Below are positions 27,315-36,204 of a stretch of 39,202 bases of DNA, piece after piece. Under the pieces are notes generated by a model. The model did no database searches. It was not told the DNA's origin and saw only the letters and a program-made list of their open reading frames with translations. The position numbers and the translations under genes are program-made. The stretch is from a virus (lineage: Duplodnaviria > Caudoviricetes): IMG/VR virus record IMGVR_UViG_3300032321_000191, positions 1 to 39,202 of that record; one strand, 5' to 3'. The first letter of the stretch is position 1. Every line of letters begins with the position of its first letter.

Positions 27315-28022
27315 TTACCGCATTATTCTTGGCACAAATCTTACAGAAGAACGATCACGATCTTCCCCAGAAGCCAGATCCCATTGTTCGTCGTAAATGG
27401 CCTTCAGGACTTGCAAGCGTTCCATACCGCCGGGGATCTTCATAGCAATATAGTAGGCAAGCCCAGCCACCAGAGCCGGTAAAAACCTGAACGGAATATC
27501 TGCCGTGTTAACAGCATTGCCTGCATCCGACAATCTACGAAGCCGCCAGTAAACAAGGGTGTAGCTTCCGTCGCTAGGAACAGGCCAAACAGTCACCGTA
27601 GGGTACTGAATGCCCGTAGGAGTCGATTCACCAGACTGTCGGTTAATATAAATCTGAATCGGACGCCCACGCGACAGTTTATTCGGGATCGTGGAGTATG
27701 TAGAAACAGAAATACGGTTGATATTAATATCAGTCTGGGTAGAAGTATTACCCACATTCTGCCGAATTACGTGTTCAATCAGGTCAACAGTATCAACCGG
27801 CAGGTTATATGTAGCGGTACCCGCCACAAGCGGAATAGACCCACTGTCAATGGTCCATAAATTCACGCCACGATTCGACCATTCTGTTGTCAGCAGATTT
27901 AAACTACGACGGGCAGTACGGAAGTCATATCCGCTACGCATTTCCGCGCCCGCACGTTCAAAGGCTTCTTCAAAAAGCTCGTTGATTGTAGGCGAAAACG
28001 TGGTAGTGCCCGTCGTAGTCAT
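27315..28022 (-). CDS. Head-tail connector / tail tubular-like protein
   Basis: EEAFER.G...RSGYD.RTARRSLNLL..EW.NRG.NLWT, GRPIQ, WPVP, PFRFLPALVAGLAYY. Confidence 0.8.
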   Translation of the reverse strand: MTTTGTTTFSPTINELFEEAFERAGAEMRSGYDFRTARRSLNLLTTEWSNRGVNLWTIDSGSIPLVAGTATYNLPVDTVDLIEHVIRQNVGNTSTQTDININRISVSTYSTIPNKLSRGRPIQIYINRQSGESTPTGIQYPTVTVWPVPSDGSYTLVYWRLRRLSDAGNAVNTADIPFRFLPALVAGLAYYIAMKIPGGMERLQVLKAIYDEQWDLASGEDRDRSSVRFVPRIMR

Positions 28023-28024
28023 AA

Positions 28025-28816
28025 TCAGGTGGCGTCGGTGGTCACGTTGGTGCGGTTTCCGCTGCCATCAATTGTAGCAGTCACACGAGCTTTAGCGTTA
28101 GTAACAGCCGCGTTAAAGACTTCAGTACCAGACCCAGTACCCGAGCGGCGACCAACCAGAACAGAAGATTGAAGCCGTTGCGATTGGCGCATAGTAAGAC
28201 CGGTTTCAATGCCATCTGCTTTATCCATAACAGCACTTTCAACTTGCGTCGAAGATAGTCCAATAATACCTTGGGGGAACAGCGCAAAGACAGACGTTGC
28301 ATCAGGAGTGACTGCCCATGCGCTATCAACTGTCGCCACTCTGGTTGAACCAACATACCCGGTAATAACTCTATTTTGACCCGCGCCGGTACCAGCAATA
28401 ATTGAAACGATGTTGCCGTTGTATATGGCGTCGGTTGCAGTAGCGCCAGTATCCAGAGTAATTGTAGTAGAAGCGCCAGCCTGCGCAAGACGGCTCCGAA
28501 CGGCTCCTTGCGGAAGCGTGATAATCCGAAACATCTGGTCGGTCAGATATGTCCTGTTGACCACTTGAACGATGATCTCATCCGCCGCCATCTCACTTGC
28601 CGACAAACTGAATGCCCACACGTAAGATGTACTGTAAATCGATGGCAGCGTCGTGATGTTGGCAAGCGAAGCGCCATCTTTAATTACCTTTACATCACCG
28701 GCAGCGGGGCCGCTTACGCCCCAATCAGCAAAGACGGCGTAATTGGTAGTTGCTGTTTTAACAACTGGGGCACGGAAAGTAAACGCCGCGCCGAAAGGTG
28801 CCCAAATCGGAGTCAT
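28025..28816 (-). CDS. Tail-associated structural protein
   Basis: AQAG...TITLD..A.A.D..YNG......GTG.GQ.R.IT.Y.G.T..ATV...W...PD module; C-terminal IE.G.T.RQ..RL...D..GNRT. Confidence 0.7.
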   Translation of the reverse strand: MTPIWAPFGAAFTFRAPVVKTATTNYAVFADWGVSGPAAGDVKVIKDGASLANITTLPSIYSTSYVWAFSLSASEMAADEIIVQVVNRTYLTDQMFRIITLPQGAVRSRLAQAGASTTITLDTGATATDAIYNGNIVSIIAGTGAGQNRVITGYVGSTRVATVDSAWAVTPDATSVFALFPQGIIGLSSTQVESAVMDKADGIETGLTMRQSQRLQSSVLVGRRSGTGSGTEVFNAAVTNAKARVTATIDGSGNRTNVTTDAT

Positions 28817-29557
28817 TTATGCGATTCCTCTAGCTATGCCACGGCCAATGCCTCGGCTAAATGGTTGAAATTCGTAATTGGTGGTTGCTGCGCTTGTGTC
28901 TTTTATTGCTACGTCGTAAGCAATATAGTACTGGTAAGGGTTTGTACTATCTGTCCACGTTACTGTTTCAGAAGACAATGCAGTTGCAGAAAACTTTTCC
29001 GCAAGAGACGTAACTACAGTATCAGAACCAAATTTTGTGTAACCCGCAGAAACCGAGGTTGAAGCAAAGTTATTATAAGCACCGCTTACATAAGTGCATA
29101 GCACCCCACCACCGGTAGTGTTAATTGCGGAGGTAACAGCAGAAGGCACATATCCCGCAGTATTGCTCGTCTTGCCCAGTACATCAAATGAAAGCGTACC
29201 GCCTGATCCGGGGCGATAAATAATCACATCCACAACTCGGTTTGCTACGCTTACTGTAAAATTTACCCGTATTGAATCCCCGGTTCTAGCTGTGGTAATT
29301 ACTTTGTAATATGCACCGGCGGCATTTCTCCCGACAGTATCAAAAACATTGCTACTGTCAATCTCTGTCATAGCGGTGTTTGCCCCACCATCTGCAAGAA
29401 TCGCAGAAAGCGGTTTCTCGGTAGAAACAACGCCACATCGGGTAAAAACTAAAACAAGATCACCGACTTGGGTATTGAAAGTACCCGTATCAATATACGA
29501 AAGAAACCCGGCTGCCGGCCCCCCCGACTGAATTGGTGATCCAACGCGAGTTACCAT
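28817..29557 (-). CDS. Hypothetical beta-rich tail-associated protein
   Basis: Thr/Ser/Val-rich; GDLVLVF; tight packing with neighbouring genes. Confidence 0.65.
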   Translation of the reverse strand: MVTRVGSPIQSGGPAAGFLSYIDTGTFNTQVGDLVLVFTRCGVVSTEKPLSAILADGGANTAMTEIDSSNVFDTVGRNAAGAYYKVITTARTGDSIRVNFTVSVANRVVDVIIYRPGSGGTLSFDVLGKTSNTAGYVPSAVTSAINTTGGGVLCTYVSGAYNNFASTSVSAGYTKFGSDTVVTSLAEKFSATALSSETVTWTDSTNPYQYYIAYDVAIKDTSAATTNYEFQPFSRGIGRGIARGIA

Positions 29558-31794
29558 TACTGCCTCTCAAATGCGCCAATGTCTTGATAAACATTGACAG
29601 TTCCATTCAGTCCGTCGGCATCAGTTGCAATACCGTTGTTTGAGAAATATCTATTAAGGCAAAGGGTATCTGTAGATGCAAGCCTGTAATTATAAGCAGC
29701 GGCATTTTCAAATGTCGCCTGCCCAACTACATTACCAACCATTCCCGCTCCAGCATAATCTGTATCAAATGACCCGTTGACAATATCGGCCTGCGATACG
29801 CTTGGATTTGGCGTGCCGTAAGGAACGTAGTTATTTCTAATATAAGCGTCTGTTCTTGGGGAATAAAAAAGATTGTATTTAAAATTAGTAATTGTTGACG
29901 CGCCAACTATAAAGGCAACAGCACTAGTAAAAGTTGTTATGGATGGAGTGCCAGCCATCGTGTAGCTAAACGAATAAAGGCCAGACACGCTTGTAACTGT
30001 TGCGGCAGTAACATTAAAAAATGCGTCGGTCGCGCCGGTTACTTTGACTTGCTGTCCAACAACCAATCCGGTTGGGTAAACGGTATTGACAGTCGCAGTT
30101 GTGCCGACATTTGACAAACCATTAATAGGGGAACTGTAAGTAGAGTTCATTTCTATCATTACGGCACCACTAGACGGATTCGTAATTGCCAAAAGACAAC
30201 CTTGAATAGTCTTTGTAGTACCCGGTGCTACCCTAGCATTAACAAGCTCACCAGATGAATTTTCGTTTATAATAGTACAGCGCCTTAAAACGTGTGATCC
30301 AGTTGTGCCAGCAAGCGCAACCAATCCTAAACCGCCATTTGTACGCGCTGCGTTATAAGCAAAGCAATTATCAAATGTAGCGGTATATCCAACGCCGGGC
30401 CATGCTTTAAATATGTTTCGCCCACTATTTATTTGGATACCAAACGAACGCTTGAGGTTGTAATTACCAAGGTCGTTTTTAATGTCAATGCAATCACCGT
30501 CAACGTCTTTTACATAAGCTCGGTCGATAGTAATGTTTCCGCCAGTTTCAACAGCGATTCCATCTGCGCCAGTATTTCCTGTTGAAATTGGGTTAATTCG
30601 TTGAATTTTTACAAGATCAATGTTGATATTGCTACAAACGCCGGGACCAAAATCAATACCGGTGCCAGTGTAGGTTGATATCATCGACTGTGATGAATAG
30701 GTTCCCGGTCCACTAAATTGAAAAGTCCCGGTAGACCCCGGTGTTCCACTCAATCTGCCCATTATTTGCCCAATAGGAATTGGGCTAGAGGGGTCAGAGA
30801 GGTTAGGAACGTAAATGGTTGAGCCGGTGTATACAAACCCAGAATTTACGGCAGTTATAGTCAGTACACTAGACGAAACCGACGCAGTTATTGTTGCAGC
30901 GGTCTGTTCCCACGCTACGTTATAAATAGTTATATCTGTTGCGACCGCCGGAGATACTGGAGTTGCGGCTGGCCCGTTAGATGCAAATTTCAAAGCAGCA
31001 GCAGATTCAAGGGCGGTGCAATTCCTGATTAAATAGTTGCTGCCACCGTTCCGGTCTACGAACACACCCCACACATTGAAATATCGCGTTTTAAACCCGT
31101 GGATTTCAAGGTAACCATACTGGTCAACACTTTCAAACGGCGCATTAGTAGCAAAACCACCATCCAGAATCACGCTCTCGCCGGGGTATCGGCGCAGTCT
31201 TGTCCACGACGAGGACGTGCCTCCCTTAAGGTAGACAGGCCCGGACGCCATAGTATAAGTGCCGCCACGGACATAAATTGTGCCGCCCACGCCAGCGGTC
31301 AACATTGAATTTGCTTTACTGATCGTCGCGTATGGACTACCAATTGCCCCCGTGCCGGTTGAGTCGTTTCCGGTCGTGGCGACGTACAGAATCGTTCCAA
31401 CTGTTTCAAGCGGCGGATCGTAGGTTGAGTCCGCGCCGGTTACCAACGACAACCATGCTGGTTGATATCCGGTACCAACCGAACTTACCGTCAAGGATAA
31501 CGAAATCGTATCCGCATATCCTGCACTGTTCGTTGCCCGAAATACAAGCCCGGTAGTTACTGCTGTAGCCGTAGGCGTGCCAGAGATTAGCCCAGACGAG
31601 CTAAGTGTTAGCCCAGCGGGCAGCGTACCGGACTGAAGCGCCCATGTGGGAGTGGGCGTACCAGTGGCTACAAGGCTGAATGAATAGGCAACATTGACAA
31701 TCGCCGAAGTCAGCGAAGTTGTAACTATAGTAGGAGCCGTGCCAGACGAACCGACTGCAAACCACGAGCCGTTACCAATAAGAATTGTTCCCAC
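29557..31794 (-). CDS. Tail spike-like protein: Ig-like domain plus pectate lyase-like beta-helix
   Basis: APTI.TTSL...W....GTLP.GLTL...G.ISGTPT (Ig-like); YVATTGNDS..G....PYATI.KA, TIYVRGGTY, YPGE.VILDG, NADGI/DGDCIDIK-like Ca-binding motifs, DIGAFE end. GTG start after AAGGGG. Confidence 0.8.
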   Translation of the reverse strand: MGTILIGNGSWFAVGSSGTAPTIVTTSLTSAIVNVAYSFSLVATGTPTPTWALQSGTLPAGLTLSSSGLISGTPTATAVTTGLVFRATNSAGYADTISLSLTVSSVGTGYQPAWLSLVTGADSTYDPPLETVGTILYVATTGNDSTGTGAIGSPYATISKANSMLTAGVGGTIYVRGGTYTMASGPVYLKGGTSSSWTRLRRYPGESVILDGGFATNAPFESVDQYGYLEIHGFKTRYFNVWGVFVDRNGGSNYLIRNCTALESAAALKFASNGPAATPVSPAVATDITIYNVAWEQTAATITASVSSSVLTITAVNSGFVYTGSTIYVPNLSDPSSPIPIGQIMGRLSGTPGSTGTFQFSGPGTYSSQSMISTYTGTGIDFGPGVCSNINIDLVKIQRINPISTGNTGADGIAVETGGNITIDRAYVKDVDGDCIDIKNDLGNYNLKRSFGIQINSGRNIFKAWPGVGYTATFDNCFAYNAARTNGGLGLVALAGTTGSHVLRRCTIINENSSGELVNARVAPGTTKTIQGCLLAITNPSSGAVMIEMNSTYSSPINGLSNVGTTATVNTVYPTGLVVGQQVKVTGATDAFFNVTAATVTSVSGLYSFSYTMAGTPSITTFTSAVAFIVGASTITNFKYNLFYSPRTDAYIRNNYVPYGTPNPSVSQADIVNGSFDTDYAGAGMVGNVVGQATFENAAAYNYRLASTDTLCLNRYFSNNGIATDADGLNGTVNVYQDIGAFERQ

Positions 31795-31803
31795 GCAAAC
31801 CCC

Positions 31804-32250
31804 TTAAACGAACTTGCCGCGAGTCTTGCCTTTGGATTCGATGCCGCCACCTTTGGCGAACTTTTTGACGCGGCTGGGTTTCATACCAGCTTCCATCATT
31901 TCGTGCTTCATCATTGACTTAGGAGCGCCCTTCTTTTTCATAAAGGACAACTCTTTACCAACCATCGCTTTCGATTCTTTCACGGGGCCACCTTCTTTAT
32001 AGTTAGCCGTTTTAGCGGACTCTTTGAAATCTTTCGTCGTTGGAGCGCCTTTTGATCCCGGCTTGCGCATACGCTCACCAGACCCTTCAGCGATTCTCTC
32101 ACGTTTTTTGTGAATGTTTTCGTACAACCCGCCTTCTTTCATACTGAACTCTTTACCAACAGACTGAGGAACATTGACTTTCTTTGCAAATGCGGGGTTG
32201 TGCGATACCGCCTGCATGAACCGTTTTTGTTTCTCGGAGGTAGCGGGCAT
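31804..32250 (-). CDS. Small basic protein with repeated xxGG motifs
   Basis: MP..S.KQ.RFM.AV.HNP.FAKKV..PQSVGKEF; GLY.NIH.KR.RI..GSGE.MRKPG.KGAPT...FK.SAKTA; KKFAKGGGIE.KGKTRGK. Confidence 0.8.
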   Translation of the reverse strand: MPATSEKQKRFMQAVSHNPAFAKKVNVPQSVGKEFSMKEGGLYENIHKKRERIAEGSGERMRKPGSKGAPTTKDFKESAKTANYKEGGPVKESKAMVGKELSFMKKKGAPKSMMKHEMMEAGMKPSRVKKFAKGGGIESKGKTRGKFV

Positions 32251-33012
32251 TTAGCACACCTTACCGCGAGTCTTACCCTTAACTTCGATGCCACCACCTT
32301 TGGCATACTTCTTCACAGCGCCACCTTTTTTGTAAAGGGCCTTATTAGGACGGGTCAGGTAACCAAAGTCAATATTAGAGAAAGCTTTTTTAAGACGGGA
32401 ATTAACGTCCGTACCACTGTCAGGAGCCTTCTTATTCTCAACGGGTTTGTTGTCGGTCATCCTACGGCTTTCGTTACCATAGTCCGAAGACTTAGCCGGG
32501 GCGGGTTTAGCTTCGGCTTTTACGGTAGAGACTTTTTTAGGACTGGCCTTGTAGGTAGAAGCAGAGGCTTTCTTATCTGACCCTACAAAATTACGAGCGC
32601 GGGCATAAGTATCATCACTAAAGCGCGGACGCGAAGTTGCGGGTTCCGAAGGCATCTCATACGAAACATCTTTGTCTCCTGCGGTAGTCTCGCCGCCGTC
32701 AGCGAACTTACGAATCGAACCACCTTTTGCTTTTTTGACTTCAGGCTTTTCAGCGGGTCTTGGGCCGAGCGAATTAGGGCGTTGTGCTTCGTAGGCGTCT
32801 TTTTCTTTTTTAACCCGTGCGTCGCGCCGAGCGTTTTCACGTTCCAAATCCATCCCGGTCAGAGCCGGAGCGGTCGCCTTACCACCCGCCTGAAATTTAC
32901 GGGGCATCTTTTTGGCAACGCTGAGTTTCTGCATTTTATTCACCTTACCGCCTTGGCGGTATTGGGTTTCGGTGTCGGGCTGGGGGGTGGGGTCGAAATA
33001 CGAAGGGCGCAT
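32251..33012 (-). CDS. Basic low-complexity protein with repeated xxGG motifs
   Basis: Lys/Ala-rich; six xxGG motifs; C-terminus nearly identical to that of the downstream gene. Confidence 0.75.
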   Translation of the reverse strand: MRPSYFDPTPQPDTETQYRQGGKVNKMQKLSVAKKMPRKFQAGGKATAPALTGMDLERENARRDARVKKEKDAYEAQRPNSLGPRPAEKPEVKKAKGGSIRKFADGGETTAGDKDVSYEMPSEPATSRPRFSDDTYARARNFVGSDKKASASTYKASPKKVSTVKAEAKPAPAKSSDYGNESRRMTDNKPVENKKAPDSGTDVNSRLKKAFSNIDFGYLTRPNKALYKKGGAVKKYAKGGGIEVKGKTRGKVC

Positions 33013-33263
33013 CAGTGTTTGGTCCGGATGATTGTATCAAGCTTTTCTTCAAGCTTGTCAAACCGTTTGTTGATCTGCTCAGTTACCGCGCCCATTTCTG
33101 TTTTGGGAACATACTTCTCACGAATCTCTTCGCGGGTTCTGGCAAGTAGTTCGCGCTGTTCTTTGATTGAGTCGTTGTTTGATTTCAGGTATGTACCCAG
33201 AACCAATGACCCGATAGTTAAAACGCCATTCCAAAGGAGGGTGAAAAAAGGATCGATGTTCAT
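33012..33263 (-). CDS. Small membrane protein (one TM plus coiled coil; holin-like candidate)
   Basis: FFTLLWNGVLTIGSLVLGTYL hydrophobic segment; LLARTREE....YV.K, RFDKLEEKLD. Confidence 0.75.
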   Translation of the reverse strand: MNIDPFFTLLWNGVLTIGSLVLGTYLKSNNDSIKEQRELLARTREEIREKYVPKTEMGAVTEQINKRFDKLEEKLDTIIRTKH

Positions 33264-33276
33264 GTCGCTTACGTAC

Positions 33277-33810
33277 TTATGCACTTACCGGGTTTTGAGC
33301 GCCGTTTTCGTCGCGCTGTACGTATAGCATAGTAATGTTAATCCTGCCCTGCGTAGCGGTTGCATCAAGAATTTGAATTTGCGTATGTATTGGGGCGTCT
33401 GCGCTTAGCGCAGCGGTTCTCTTTGCGGATGCCGCAATTACTGATGTCGGTGAAGCAGTAAGTGTGCTGGAAGTGCCGCTAAATGGGCCACCTACGCTAG
33501 TTGCGCTTGTAGTAATACCCGAACTCCCTAATTCCAAACCGTTTATAAATTGCGATCCACCAACGGCAGTACCTACTGATACTAAAAATCTGACCCCCGC
33601 GTTGGGAAATTGTAAAGCGTCAACAATAAAGTCTACAATATATGCCCCTTTAGGAACCCTAAAGGGCACAGTTCTAATATAAGTACCGTTCGTGCCCGTA
33701 ACTACCTCAGAGTCATATTGCTGTGCAAGTAACAGAAGACCAGTATTTCTACTAGGGCCCTCTTTATCCGGGCCAACCCGCACTGGACCAGACATAGTAG
33801 CGAATGTCAT
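33277..33810 (-). CDS. Capsid decoration-like protein, paralogue of 37773-38261
   Basis: Shares SGP.R.G, RNTGL..L.Q.YD, VSVGT..GG, AT..GR, Y.QR...G.QNP with 37773-38261. Confidence 0.7.
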   Translation of the reverse strand: MTFATMSGPVRVGPDKEGPSRNTGLLLLAQQYDSEVVTGTNGTYIRTVPFRVPKGAYIVDFIVDALQFPNAGVRFLVSVGTAVGGSQFINGLELGSSGITTSATSVGGPFSGTSSTLTASPTSVIAASAKRTAALSADAPIHTQIQILDATATQGRINITMLYVQRDENGAQNPVSA

Positions 33811-33811
33811 T

Positions 33812-34063
33812 TCAACATCTCCAAGCCCGAAGGCTCTTATTGATACGGCTGTTGGGATCGTTCGCGGTTTTAGGAGAAGTCAGCTTCTTCTTCATACCCT
33901 GCATACGAGAGCAAAATGAATCTTTTCGGGGACCGCCTTCAGGCTGCGGAGCTTTAAGTCCCGGCTTGCCCGGATTGGCTTTGTTGTAGGAAGCGCGTCC
34001 TTTGGCATTCAATCCGCCACTCTCTGCCTTACCTTCTTTTCGAGTCCATGCTGCTGTTTTCAT
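33812..34063 (-). CDS. Small basic phage protein
   Basis: AWTRKEGK...GGLNAKGRASY...LKAP...RK.SFC.RM.GMKKKLTS.KTA.DPNSRINKSLRAW.C. Confidence 0.85.
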   Translation of the reverse strand: MKTAAWTRKEGKAESGGLNAKGRASYNKANPGKPGLKAPQPEGGPRKDSFCSRMQGMKKKLTSPKTANDPNSRINKSLRAWRC

Positions 34064-34064
34064 A

Positions 34065-35711
34065 TTAAGGGTTCTGCAAAGCAAGAAACTGCGCTAATGT
34101 TAAACCAGACCCACCACCACCACTACCCGCTGCGGCATTATGCAACAGTTCGCCCATCGTACCCGCAACATTATACTGCGCGGCAAAAGCACTCCATACC
34201 GCTGCGGCTAAGTTTTCAGGCGATAAATTCGACGCGCAACTAATATTTGCAGACATCGACGCAGTAGCGGTCAGCGTTCCTGCAACCGACCCAGCACCAG
34301 ACAGATTGGCCGACTGCGATATACCGCCGGTGCTGATGACGCCTGAGGCAGTACCAGCGCCTGTCAAACTTGCCAACAAAGATGCCGTGGCGAACCGCGA
34401 CCCTGCAACCGATCCAGAGCCAGACAGATTAGCCAATAACGCCGCTGTAGCAGCCAATGCGCCCGCTGCGGCTCCATCTCCGTTAAGGCTTGCCGATAGT
34501 GGTGCGACCGCAGTCAATACACCTGTTGCCGTCCCGGAGCCCGTAAGACTTGCCGATAGCGAAGCCGTCGCCGCCAGCGTTCCCGTGACCGATCCACCAC
34601 CGCTTAGGCTGGCCTGAGATGAACTAGCGGTACTGATGGTCGCGGTGACAGTTCCAGCGCCTGTAAGACTTACCGACAGCGGTGCCGTAGCAGCAATTAC
34701 CCCTGTAGCAGTTCCCGCGCCAGATAGATCCGCCGATAGCGAAGCGAATGCGGTCAGAGTTCCTGTAGCTGTTCCCGAACCGGTAAGGCCAGCCGACAAC
34801 GGCGCAGCGGCGGTCAGAGTTCCTGTTGCGGTTCCTGCGCCGGTAAGGCTTGCGGCTTGTGATGAGCTTGCTTCGACGACAGTAAAAGTCCCGCTCGCAA
34901 GGAAGGTGTGGATTGTGTACAGGCCGCTCGTGGTCTTTGTGCCGCCGGTCGTCGCCGCCGAGTCAATGCCGTCCGAGCCATCCGTCTTGTATCGGATGAC
35001 GACGATACCGCTACCGCCGCTGCCTGACGTTTGATTTCGGCTGTGCCCAGCGCATCCGCCGCCACCGGAGCCTGTATTTGTAGCGCCCGCTGTCGGGGTG
35101 GTTGGGACGACGTGGTCGCCGCCATTGCCGCCGATGCTGGAGCCGCCAAACCCTTTTGTGCCGGCGTATGACCCGCCGCCACCGCCCGCCGCATAGAACA
35201 ACGCTGTTCCGGTGATACTGCTTTGCAGACCAGCGCCACCGTCGCCGCCTTGACCAGTCGTATTCGACCCGGCCGCGCCCACAGCGCCAGCGCCACCACC
35301 GCCGCCGCCAGATCCGTTGGCAGGATTTGCACCGCCATTGCCGCCGTTGTTGCCTTGACCTGCTGTGCCAGAGCCACCAGCCTTGCCTGCGTTGTCGCCG
35401 CCACCACCACCGCCCGATCCGCCGTTGTTGCCAATGGATCCAACGCCCGTGCTTGATCGGCCGCCGCCACCGCCGCCTAATGACGTGATGGCGTCAAAGG
35501 TAGACGAACCGCCATTTGATCCGTTTGCAGATGCGGATGACCCCGCGCCTCCAGCGCCAACGGTGATTGGGTAAGCGCCTGCCACCACCGTATAACCTGC
35601 GGCTGCCCGAAATCCACCCGCGCCGCCACCGGCTGACCCATAGGCATCACCAACGCCAGAGCCGCCACCGCCACCGCCACCAGCGACCACAAGGTATTCA
35701 ACTGTTGCCAT
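34065..35711 (-). CDS. Glycine-rich tail fibre-like protein with 20-aa repeat stalk
   Basis: VEYLVVAGGGGGG...GGSGIVVIRY...IHTF..SGTF glycine-rich domain followed by ten repeats and LSPENLAAAVW. Confidence 0.8.
   Translation of the reverse strand: MATVEYLVVAGGGGGGGSGVGDAYGSAGGGAGGFRAAAGYTVVAGAYPITVGAGGAGSSASANGSNGGSSTFDAITSLGGGGGGRSSTGVGSIGNNGGSGGGGGGDNAGKAGGSGTAGQGNNGGNGGANPANGSGGGGGGAGAVGAAGSNTTGQGGDGGAGLQSSITGTALFYAAGGGGGSYAGTKGFGGSSIGGNGGDHVVPTTPTAGATNTGSGGGGCAGHSRNQTSGSGGSGIVVIRYKTDGSDGIDSAATTGGTKTTSGLYTIHTFLASGTFTVVEASSSQAASLTGAGTATGTLTAAAPLSAGLTGSGTATGTLTAFASLSADLSGAGTATGVIAATAPLSVSLTGAGTVTATISTASSSQASLSGGGSVTGTLAATASLSASLTGSGTATGVLTAVAPLSASLNGDGAAAGALAATAALLANLSGSGSVAGSRFATASLLASLTGAGTASGVISTGGISQSANLSGAGSVAGTLTATASMSANISCASNLSPENLAAAVWSAFAAQYNVAGTMGELLHNAAAGSGGGGSGLTLAQFLALQNP
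34251..34853 (-). repeat. Ten degenerate 60-nt (20-aa) tandem coding repeats
   Basis: Consensus ASLTGxGTATGxLxAxAxLS repeated ten times over 603 nt. Confidence 0.85.
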
Positions 35712-36034
35712 TAGCCCGCGCCATTTTCAAGCACTTCCCACAAGCAGGTTGCATCATTCAGCAATGCCTGCGACTGCGGTTTCGGCGGAATAAAAGCATC
35801 GCGAGCCGGATCGTAGGTATAACCAATCCCGGCATAGTTTTTCCGCAGCGGCGGCTTCACAACAGATGGATTTCGAGGGTCAAAATGGACCCCGCCATAC
35901 GTGTTGTAAGACGTTTGTTTGCAGACGGCACCGACCCATTGCGAAACCGCAGAATCGTTACCCTCAAACGACTCCGGCATGACAATCACAGCGGTCACTT
36001 TGTTCTCCGAATCTAATACGGCAAAGTGAGCCAT
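35711..36034 (-). CDS. Small tail-fibre-associated protein
   Basis: MAHFA.LD..N.V..VIV, KQTSYNT, LRKNYAGIGYTYD..RDAFIPPKP, L...TC.W. Confidence 0.85.
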   Translation of the reverse strand: MAHFAVLDSENKVTAVIVMPESFEGNDSAVSQWVGAVCKQTSYNTYGGVHFDPRNPSVVKPPLRKNYAGIGYTYDPARDAFIPPKPQSQALLNDATCLWEVLENGAG

Positions 36035-36040
36035 TGGTCA

Positions 36041-36202
36041 TCAAGCGACTGCGCCGGTTCCCCGCACGACGGCACTCAGTTGCGCCACAACCGGCGCATC
36101 CGTGTGATCGCATTTTTTCTGAGGAACTTGGTCAATCAAAAATACCGGCGCGTCGCATTCAGCGCACCGGTAAACAATCGACTCAGAATTTGATTGATCC
36201 AT
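36041..36202 (-). CDS. 53-aa Cys/His protein (absent from the ORF track)
   Basis: Manual translation MDQSNSESIVYRCAECDAPVFLIDQVPQKKCDHTDAPVVAQLSAVVRGTGAVA; fills the gap exactly; GGAG upstream. Confidence 0.7.
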   Translation of the reverse strand: MDQSNSESIVYRCAECDAPVFLIDQVPQKKCDHTDAPVVAQLSAVVRGTGAVA

Positions 36203-36204
36203 GC

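Noticed and set aside
34251-34853. 60-nt periodic repeats as a CRISPR array or DGR template
   Set aside because: Degenerate in-frame coding repeats without unique spacers; no reverse transcriptase and no adenine-specific variant pair.
34814-35470. 218-aa alternative-frame ORF in the glycine-rich gene
   Set aside because: Ala-rich product expected from shifting GGC repeats; no independent start signal.
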